NCBI GenBank assembly: GCA_016840095.1
Contig: JAEOSZ010000165.1
Coordinates: forward strand, 1-15,692
Length of the DNA: 15,692 nt
Direction of reading: 5' to 3'
DNA from: Candidatus Heimdallarchaeota archaeon
GTDB taxonomy: Archaea; Asgardarchaeota; Heimdallarchaeia; Heimdallarchaeales; Heimdallarchaeaceae
The notes beneath the pieces are model-generated. The model ran no database searches. It was not told the origin of the DNA and saw nothing but the letters and a program-made list of their open reading frames with translations. Of this stretch, positions 1 through 8,400 are shown piece after piece; the first letter of the stretch is position 1, and every line of letters begins with the position of its first letter. Made by a program: the position numbers and the translations under genes.

Positions 1-2
1 CT

Positions 3-497
3 GGACAAAAAGGAAAGGCTGAGAAGGGAACTGGTCTTGCTTTTGAAGATGCTTTAGATCTCTATTTTGATATACGATCGATAAATGAAGTTATAGTTTT
101 GATTCTAACTTATAGTCTAGACAATATCAATACTTTTCAAAACCTTGAGTACTGGCTAAACAGAGCAATTGAACAAGAACTGATAAAAGAGTACACTAAC
201 ATCATTTTATTAGGTACACATCTTGATAAAGAGGACCATGTTATTGTCAAAGATGAGGAAATTGAACAAGGAAAACAATTCATTACTAATCATGTTGAGG
301 ATAGAATTGGTGTTAAGATTGATTTAGATAGAATCCATCCTGTAAAGATATCAAACATGACAAAAGAAGGAATTCCAGAATTTCAAGAAGTTATTAGTAA
401 TTGTTTCTTTGCATCTTTCGATATTCAACAAATAATAGATGAGAATCTGTGTTTAGAACCTCAAGGTAATGAAAATGAAAGCAAAGAGCAAATCTAA
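3..497 (+). CDS. Ras-superfamily small GTPase (Rab/Roc-like), 5'-truncated by window edge
   Basis: Frame 3 is open from position 3 (GQKGKAEKGTGLAFEDALDLYFDIRSINEVIVLILTYSLDNINTFQNLEYWL...), so the track's start at 99 is internal. The initial GQ is probably the end of G3 (DxxGQ). IVLILTYSLDNINTFQNLEYWL matches the Rab-type beta4/alpha3 pattern (ilvyDit...sF.nl..Wl). IILLGTHLD is G4 (THLD at 216-227) and KISNMTKEGIPEF resembles G5. The P-loop lies outside the window. Confidence 0.8.
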   Translation, partial: GQKGKAEKGTGLAFEDALDLYFDIRSINEVIVLILTYSLDNINTFQNLEYWLNRAIEQELIKEYTNIILLGTHLDKEDHVIVKDEEIEQGKQFITNHVEDRIGVKIDLDRIHPVKISNMTKEGIPEFQEVISNCFFASFDIQQIIDENLCLEPQGNENESKEQI

Positions 498-3400
498 TAT
501 TTTTTCCATATTTTTAGTTTTATTATGTTTAAATTCTATAATGTACTATAATTTTGATAAATTCTGGATAGAAGATAATACTACAAATGATCTGCAGGAT
601 TCTGAACTTGGAAACTTGATAGATACTTCTGAAACAATAAATGAATATAATCTTCCAATTTCTAAAGCCATAATTCCAGGTGATGGTAAAACTTATGCTT
701 ATTTTCCACATAGTAATGCTATTTTAGACCCTGAAGGTATTGAGTATGCTTCAGGCGGTAGCAATTTATACCAATGGGAGACTTATGATGAAGTAAAGGA
801 TAAAGGTTTAGACAATGCTTATTTAGATTGGAGATCAGATTGGAGGGATATTAGGGATAGAGATATACATGCTGATGCTTATGCTTGGGATTATAATGCC
901 CCAGATTATTATTATGCTTGGCCATTATCAGCTGATTCTTGGACATTACTAAGAGATTTGTGGAATCCTTGGCAACCATGTAAAATCTTTAGTCCAGTAT
1001 TTACTGAAGAGTACATACTTAGTGGAAAAGTATATTTTCTATATTTCCCTAGAATACCTTTTTCTGGACATGAAGCTGCTTTTTCAGATACTTCTGTAGT
1101 TATCTCTTTTAGATTAAGATTGGCTCTCTATAATCCTTCAACTAACACTTCTACGGATATAACTTCATATGAAACTACACTTCCTGCAACAGGAATGAAT
1201 CAAGAACAAAGATCTGTTTATGCAACAATTCCAGCTCCTGTAACTATTCCGGCTGGATATAGATTGAAATTCTCTGTAGAATATAAGTATGACAAAATCC
1301 CCGCCACTGGTAGTATATTCATGAGAGCAGCAGCTCAAGCTCCTGGAAATAGTTGGTATTGGACAATCAATGATGGTGTATATTCTAACAGTTACCATTT
1401 CTATGATTATGCTGATATGCTTGGGATTCAAGTATATATGAGATCAAATTCCTTTCCAGATATCAATTTATTTGGAGCAACCAATGAAACAGTCTATCAA
1501 GTTGCTCAAAATATGACTATTGATGTTACAGATGGATCAGTTAGCTCTTATCGATGGGATGGAGGAACATGGAATTCTTTTGATAATGACACTCAAACTC
1601 AATTACCCGCTACCCATGGCTGGCACTATTTGGAAGTAAAAGCAAGTGAACCTGAATTTAATAACACAAGAACAACTCTATATCAAATTGGGTATGATAA
1701 TTCTGCTGATAATTTATTTCTTAATAATGCAATAAGCGGAGATTATCTTGACGGAGGAACGGTTCTTAATTTCACAGCTTTTGATGTTATCAATGTAGTT
1801 TATGAATGGGATGCGGATGGAAATTGGACTACTCTAAATAGTCCCTATGATCTTGCTACTCTTTTATTTACGGGATGGCATACTTTAAGAATCAATGCTA
1901 CAGATTATCATGAAACAATTACATATACATATTTATTTTCTTTTGATTCTGACGTACCAGTTATTCTGTTATCAAATGCAGAAAATGATACAATCTATGC
2001 TCCTGGAAAATATCTAGAATTCCTAATTACAGATAATTCTGGAATATCTTCTCTTAATTACAGCTGGGACGGAGGAACTTTGAACGGATGGATTCCTGAT
2101 CCTAGTGATACTTATTCCACCTATCTACCAGAGTTTGGTCCTCATTATCTTGAGATTTTTGCGAGCGATGAATATGGACATCTAGCTTATGCAAATTATA
2201 GTTTCTTTGCTGATGATAGTATCTTCAGTGTTGATTTACTAAATCTCATTGAAGATGCTTATTATCAAGGTAGCAATACTGTAGAACTCAATATACAAAG
2301 AAGCAATGAGACGGTTTACTTCCATTGGGACAGTGATACTGAACAATTAGGAATTCTAGATGGGACTACTCTCACTCTGAATGGAACTGATGCGTTGCCA
2401 ACAGATGAAGGATTACACACTCTTTACATTCGAACATTCAACTTAACTGATCATGAGCAGACTTATGATTTCACATTTAATGTTGACAATACTGCACCAA
2501 CAATAGAAAACTTGGAAATATATGATGGAGGAAGATGGTTCCAAAACACAACTTTCTATCTATCCATATGGGATACTTTTGCAGATAATATAACAGAACT
2601 GTATGTTGACTATTCCATTGATGGAAAAATCTATAGACAACTAAATTATCCTTTTAATTTCTTCTATCCTTACTCTGACGGTCCTCATACTTTGATAATC
2701 AGAGTCAGAGATCTTGCAGGAAATGTTAATTCCACTGAAATAACATTTGTAATAGATTCAACTGCACCTGAATTTGATGTTGCAATAAGTGGTCTAGTAG
2801 ATAGAAGAACTTACGATTTGAATCAATATATATCAACAGGTAATTTATTTGAAATTAGTGTTGATGATATAGATCCTTCTATTACATTGGAATTCAACTG
2901 GAATAAAACAGGATGGGATCTTATTGTTGGCAGAAATTTCACTCTAACACCAAGTATTAACGGTAAAGCTTTGTTTTGGATACGTGCAAATGATTCACTT
3001 GGAAATAGAGGTGAATATTACGAGATAGAGCTGGTATATGATACTACTCCACCTTCTTTGGAGAATGTTTTTCCTGTAGTCAGAAATGTAATCAATGGTC
3101 AAACAGAAATTGATTTTACAATAGGTGATTATACTTTAGAAAACATAGAATTAGTTAGTTATAACTGGGACTATTCTGGTGATTTCTTTGTTAGTTCCTA
3201 TCCTGCTGGTGATTTCAATTTAAATCTGGGTTTTTCTCTCGAATCTCTATATTTAGATTATCATAACAATAGCTTAGCTAATGTTACTTTCTACACTCAA
3301 GATTATTTGGGTAACAATGAAACTTATGTTTTTGAATTCGTAATTGATAACACTCCCCCCTCATTATCTTTGGTTTTTAATGAAACAGGAGAAATAATTC

Positions 3401-5313
3401 TATCTAACACAGATTATCCAGTTCAGGGAGGAACAACTCTTACTTTCAACTCCACCCTAAATCCTGTAGAATCAGATTTTAAGGAACTACTATATTATTG
3501 GGAAGATACACCAATTGATGATCCGTTGAGGTTATTTTCAACTGGATATATTGAAGTTCCTCCAGTAGATGGAATTCATTCTCTAATGGTTGTTCTTAGA
3601 GATATTACTGGGGATAGAGAATCTCCAAACGAAGCAATATATAATATCACTTTTACTGTTGATGATATGTTACTTGAGTATATCTTCCCGCTTGATTTTG
3701 AAGATGATTATAAAACTACTATGATATATAATGACACTTTTGCTTATGTTGTAAACATAACTGATGCAGTTGATGATCAACCGATTCCAGGATTAACATA
3801 TGATATAATCTCTGATGATACATATAACTTGAATGTAACTGTAAATCAAACAGGAAGCTCTGAATATCAAGTTAGTATTCATGCCACAAATGTTACTAAT
3901 GGTTTAGAAACATATATTCATGTGAACTTCTACCATCCTTTTGGTGGTCAGATAGTTAGTTTTTATCCTACAATAAACAAGAAGGAAGGGCAAGTATTTC
4001 TTTTAGAGATGGATGAACAGATAACATATGAAGAAGATTTAGAAATACAACTGTACTTGCAAAATCATCTTGGGGATAATCAGACAGTAACTAAAATCTT
4101 TGTTAATGATAGCTATTCGCAAACAATTGAAGTCATTCATGATTTTGATTTCAATCCTACAACATATATCTGTAATTTCACATATTCTTCATTTAAGATA
4201 GGAATGAAAGGTAATTTCTCATTGGATATAAGTGTGGAATCAGCTTTTTATTTCGCTAATACAACTAATATAGGAGAAACTATTGATTTTGAGATATTGC
4301 CATTAAGTGTTAATATGGTTATTACAGTTTCGAATTATACTATTTTAGAAGGAACTGATGTAAGCATTAGTCTTCTTCTTACATATACTAATGGAACACC
4401 TATACCTTTTAGTTCTGTTGAGGTTATTATCTATATATATCTGAAAAACACAACTGAAACTACACTTAAGCTACAATATGATGATGCAAACGGAACTGAG
4501 GTTTTTCCACTTGAAACCGATTCAAATGGAATCGCAAGTATGGTATTTAATTTGAATTCTTCTGTTAATTATATAATCATACAAGGAACCTATACAGGAT
4601 CTGATACTACTGATTCCTTTACATTTTCTGTTCAAGATCATATTATCACTATACCATTACCTGAAGCAGAAGAATTTCCAAAATGGTTATTGTATACTAT
4701 TATAGCTGGAAGTATAGCATTAGCAGCAATAGTGTCCTTTGTTCTTTACAAAGTAACTAGACCTAAACCCTTTGAAATATTAATGGAAAAAATAACAGAT
4801 GAAGAAATAACTCTAAACTATTCACTCATCTCTCCTGGTGTTGTACTAACTATATTCGACCAAAGAAAAGGTCCTATACCATTGCTGGCAGATCATAGTT
4901 TTACCATAGGTCGATATATTGGTAGAATGAGACAAGGTGTTGATAATTTTATTCTAAAAATTGCAGATCAGGCTTATTCCAGTTTAGGTTTCGAAGAGCA
5001 CGATGCTGGTAGAAGAGTGGGGTCAATAGTTCTTCCAACAGAGAAAATGATAGGATTTGTTCATGGTATACAACTACCTAATAAGATGGCTAGAGGTGGA
5101 TTTGAAAACTTATCTCTAATTGTATTAGCTGATTCTGAAACAGGTAAACTATTACAAAACTATCAAGATTATTTGTATAATGACATTGATGCTCTTATTA
5201 AACTCTTGAAGGAAAAGAAACCTGTCAAAGAAATCAAACAGCAGCTTGAACATATCCGAAAGATGTCTGTAATCGCTATGCTTGCTGGTCAAAAAGTAAA
5301 GGTCAAAGACTGA
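469..5313 (+). CDS. Large receptor-like membrane protein (paralog 1): Ig-like repeat ectodomain, TM helix, cytoplasmic folliculin/SMCR8-like uDENN/longin domain
   Basis: 1614-aa ORF with an alternative start at 475. It has an N-terminal hydrophobic segment (IFSIFLVLLCLNSIMYY), repeated Y/FxWD...GxHxLxI...DxTxP beta-sandwich units and many NxS/T sequons. The TM helix WLLYTIIAGSIALAAIVSFVLY (4684-4749) is followed by basic KVTRPKP, then VVLTIFDQRKGPIPL...FVHGIQLPNKMARGGFENLSLIVLAD. Confidence 0.9.
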   Translation: MKMKAKSKSNIFSIFLVLLCLNSIMYYNFDKFWIEDNTTNDLQDSELGNLIDTSETINEYNLPISKAIIPGDGKTYAYFPHSNAILDPEGIEYASGGSNLYQWETYDEVKDKGLDNAYLDWRSDWRDIRDRDIHADAYAWDYNAPDYYYAWPLSADSWTLLRDLWNPWQPCKIFSPVFTEEYILSGKVYFLYFPRIPFSGHEAAFSDTSVVISFRLRLALYNPSTNTSTDITSYETTLPATGMNQEQRSVYATIPAPVTIPAGYRLKFSVEYKYDKIPATGSIFMRAAAQAPGNSWYWTINDGVYSNSYHFYDYADMLGIQVYMRSNSFPDINLFGATNETVYQVAQNMTIDVTDGSVSSYRWDGGTWNSFDNDTQTQLPATHGWHYLEVKASEPEFNNTRTTLYQIGYDNSADNLFLNNAISGDYLDGGTVLNFTAFDVINVVYEWDADGNWTTLNSPYDLATLLFTGWHTLRINATDYHETITYTYLFSFDSDVPVILLSNAENDTIYAPGKYLEFLITDNSGISSLNYSWDGGTLNGWIPDPSDTYSTYLPEFGPHYLEIFASDEYGHLAYANYSFFADDSIFSVDLLNLIEDAYYQGSNTVELNIQRSNETVYFHWDSDTEQLGILDGTTLTLNGTDALPTDEGLHTLYIRTFNLTDHEQTYDFTFNVDNTAPTIENLEIYDGGRWFQNTTFYLSIWDTFADNITELYVDYSIDGKIYRQLNYPFNFFYPYSDGPHTLIIRVRDLAGNVNSTEITFVIDSTAPEFDVAISGLVDRRTYDLNQYISTGNLFEISVDDIDPSITLEFNWNKTGWDLIVGRNFTLTPSINGKALFWIRANDSLGNRGEYYEIELVYDTTPPSLENVFPVVRNVINGQTEIDFTIGDYTLENIELVSYNWDYSGDFFVSSYPAGDFNLNLGFSLESLYLDYHNNSLANVTFYTQDYLGNNETYVFEFVIDNTPPSLSLVFNETGEIILSNTDYPVQGGTTLTFNSTLNPVESDFKELLYYWEDTPIDDPLRLFSTGYIEVPPVDGIHSLMVVLRDITGDRESPNEAIYNITFTVDDMLLEYIFPLDFEDDYKTTMIYNDTFAYVVNITDAVDDQPIPGLTYDIISDDTYNLNVTVNQTGSSEYQVSIHATNVTNGLETYIHVNFYHPFGGQIVSFYPTINKKEGQVFLLEMDEQITYEEDLEIQLYLQNHLGDNQTVTKIFVNDSYSQTIEVIHDFDFNPTTYICNFTYSSFKIGMKGNFSLDISVESAFYFANTTNIGETIDFEILPLSVNMVITVSNYTILEGTDVSISLLLTYTNGTPIPFSSVEVIIYIYLKNTTETTLKLQYDDANGTEVFPLETDSNGIASMVFNLNSSVNYIIIQGTYTGSDTTDSFTFSVQDHIITIPLPEAEEFPKWLLYTIIAGSIALAAIVSFVLYKVTRPKPFEILMEKITDEEITLNYSLISPGVVLTIFDQRKGPIPLLADHSFTIGRYIGRMRQGVDNFILKIADQAYSSLGFEEHDAGRRVGSIVLPTEKMIGFVHGIQLPNKMARGGFENLSLIVLADSETGKLLQNYQDYLYNDIDALIKLLKEKKPVKEIKQQLEHIRKMSVIAMLAGQKVKVKD
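1453..3666 (+). repeat. About 8 degenerate Ig-like beta-sandwich protein repeats in paralog 1 (equivalents at ~6404-8628 and ~11362-13617)
   Basis: The cores YRWDGG, YEWDAD, YSWDGG, FHWDSD, YSIDGK, FNWNKT, YNWDYS and YYWEDT recur about every 85-110 aa. Most are followed by GxHxLxI/V..xD..G/N and end in a DxTxP-like linker (VDNTAP, IDSTAP, YDTTPP, IDNTPP). Confidence 0.75.
4837..5310 (+). other. Cytoplasmic uDENN/longin domain (FLCN/SMCR8-like) of paralog 1; putative arginine finger R1542 at 5092-5094
   Basis: The beta-hairpin motif LTIFDQRKGPIPL resembles SMCR8 ISEFSEQVGPQPL and FLCN LCHFCELHGP. FVHGIQLPNKMARGGFENLSLIVL resembles SMCR8 [24 protein letters not shown] and FLCN DSLARGFQRWYSI. 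Reference motifs are recalled, not searched. Confidence 0.72.
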
Positions 5314-5464
5314 ACCAAGTACTATTCTTATTACATTTTCAATGACCTTTAGCAATAAATTGATATTATAATATATGATTCTAGTATTACTAAGGGGTAA
5401 AAACCATATGATTGGTTTTCACTAAACCAATTCAACTTGAGATAAATTAGAGTAGGATATAGCT

Positions 5465-8400
5465 ATGAGTAATAAGATTTCATCAGTAACTGCAATGTTT
5501 TTAATTTTCTTATGTTTAAATTCACTAATATATCATCAAATAGAAGATTTATCAGATGATTTAACACGTTTTTCAGACAATTTTCCAGATGTAACAGAAA
5601 TTCTAGATGATTCAGATGATTATGTTCCTAATGAATATTCTCCAAGAATAAAAACAGAAGTTATTGAAGGAAATTACACAACGAGAGCTTTCTTTTCATA
5701 TGATTCTTTTACACCCTCTTTAGATGTAAACGGTTCAGGATATCAATGGACTGAGTATGACGATATTCCAGGTCATGATGCAACAGGATTAGATACTGAA
5801 AGATTCGGTGTAGGGGATATAAGTAATGCAGTAGTACCTCAAATTAATGATGTTTATTATCTAGCTAGGGATTATTGGGGCTCAGGACACAGGGCAATGA
5901 TGTATAGTCCAGTTTTACCTTATAATACCACTGTAGCTGACAAAGTTCATTACATCTTTAATATGCACAGAGATTTGAATGACAATGCTTCTGATTCTCA
6001 ATTTAATGCAATGGATGCAACGTTCCAAATTACTCTGTGGCATTACCATAGTTCAACCCAAGATTCAACAAAAATTACATCAGTAGAGTATCTTCTTCCC
6101 AAAATTAATACTCCAACAGATACTGAGTATTGGGAATGGTTAGAAACAAGTAGTTCTTTCTCTTCTTATACTGTACCTGCAGGAGATAGATTCAAAATAA
6201 CTTATGAAATGAAATATAGTGATGTAAGTGCTACTCTCGGGCATTTCACATTGAATATAATAAATGATGGTCAATATTATGATACAGGTATTTCAGGTAC
6301 TAGTTTAGATTGGAATATAATTGATGGAATTCATTCTAACAGTTATACTATATCGAACACAGATGGTATGTTAGGTATTCAGCTATACATGTTTGAAGAG
6401 AATACACCTGACATTAACCTATATAATGCAGTCAATAATACTGTTTATCAAACTACAAAAAACATGACAATAGATGTGTCTGATGATTCTATCAGTTCTT
6501 ATCGTTGGGATGGAGGTTCTTGGAATTCATTTGAAAATGATACAATAGTATACCTCCCAACTACTCATGGTTGGCATTATCTGGAAATCGAAGCAAAAGG
6601 TCCAGTGTATAATAATACTCGAATAGAATTGTACAAATTTGGGTATGATAGTTCAGTAGATAATATCATTCTTCATAATGCGCTTAGTGGGGATTACTTA
6701 GCAGGAGGTTATGTTCTTAATTTTAGTATTTTTGACGTCGATTCTGTAGTTTATAATTGGAACTGGAACGGTTCTTGGTTTACTTTGACGGATCCATATG
6801 ATATAACAACACCTCAATTTCTAGGATGGCGAGATTTAATTATTAATACTACGGATTTCTATGAAACGAATTCGTATTTGTATACTTTCTTCTTTGATTC
6901 AGATACACCAATAATTACTTTAACAAATGCAGATAATGATACCATTTATGCTCCTGGAAAATATCTAGAGTTCTCAATTACAGATAACACTGGATTAATT
7001 TCATTAAATTATAGTTGGGATTCAGGACCGATTCAAACTTGGTCATCTGATCCAAGTAACACCTATTCTACAAATCTTCCAGGATCAGTAGCTGATCATT
7101 GGTTAGAAATTTTTGTAAGTGATGACTATGGGCATTTTGCTTCTGCTTATTTTGAGTTCTTTACAGATACTGATATTTTCAATGTTGACTTGTTAAATCT
7201 TGTAGAAGATAATTATTATCAGGGAGGGAATACAGTAGAGTTAATTGTTCAAAGAAGCAATACTACTGTATACTTCAAATGGGATAGTGATTCAGAACAA
7301 CTTGGAACATTGGATGGATCATATCTTACATTGAATGGTTCAGATGCTTTACCTTCTTCTGAAGGTCTTCACACTCTCTACATTCGAACATTTAATTTAT
7401 CTTACATTGAGTTCAATTTCAATTTCTCTTTCTGGGTAGATAATACGGATCCGATAATAGAATATCTAGATATTTATGATGGAGGAAGATGGTTCCAGAA
7501 TAAAACCTTCACCATCTCTATTTATGATTACTATACAGATAATTCAACAGAATTAATAGTGGAATATTCATTAGATGGTAAGATCTACCAACCTTTAGAT
7601 TATCCTTTTAATTTCTTCTATCCTTATTTGGATGGTCCTCATACACTAGATATTAGAGCACAAGATTTAGCTGGAAATGTTGGCAATTATACAATAAATT
7701 TCATTATTGATAATACAGCTCCAACTATAGATGTCACATGGGGTGGATTATTGGATAGAATACTAGTAGATGGATATCTATACATACTACCTGATAGTCT
7801 TATTGAAGTTGATATTATTGAAGTTGATCCAACTTACAGAATTGAATATAACTGGAATAACACAGGTTGGATAAATGCTACAATAGGTAGTTTTATCTTA
7901 ACTTCCAGTTTTGATGGTGAAGCTCTTTTGCAGATAAGGGCTAACGATTCCTTGGGTAATAAAGCAGAAATTTTCGAAATTTTACTTGTTTATGATAACA
8001 CTCCTCCTGAAATTTCACTCACTTTTCCAACTACACATTTTGAAATAAATGATCATGCTGATCTTGAATTTGATGTTACTGATTTTACTCAATACAATAC
8101 CGATTCAATAACCTATCAGTGGGATGATGCCATAGGTATCGGTACTTTTGATGTTGCAGATATTGAATCATTTCTTGATGGACATTTCCGCTTAGAACTT
8201 GGTGAATCAGCAAGATTTCTTTATGTTGCTTATGGTTATGAATTAGCTAATTTATCTATAACAGCTGAGGATATCCTTGGGAATAGTGAAACATATAATT
8301 TCACTTTTACAATTGATGTCTCACCTCCATCAATTTCATTGTTTATTAACGAAACAGTGTTGACTCCAATATCACCTGGAAGTGTAAATATAGTTCAAGG

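Noticed and set aside
99-101. TTG start at 99 for the first ORF
   Set aside because: The frame is open back to position 3 and 99 falls mid-G-domain (beta4), so the true start is upstream of the window.
511-534. Lipoprotein lipobox at the conserved Cys in LCLNS
   Set aside because: The residues before the Cys (VLL, IFL, LLL) lack the small G/A/S at -1 required for a lipobox.
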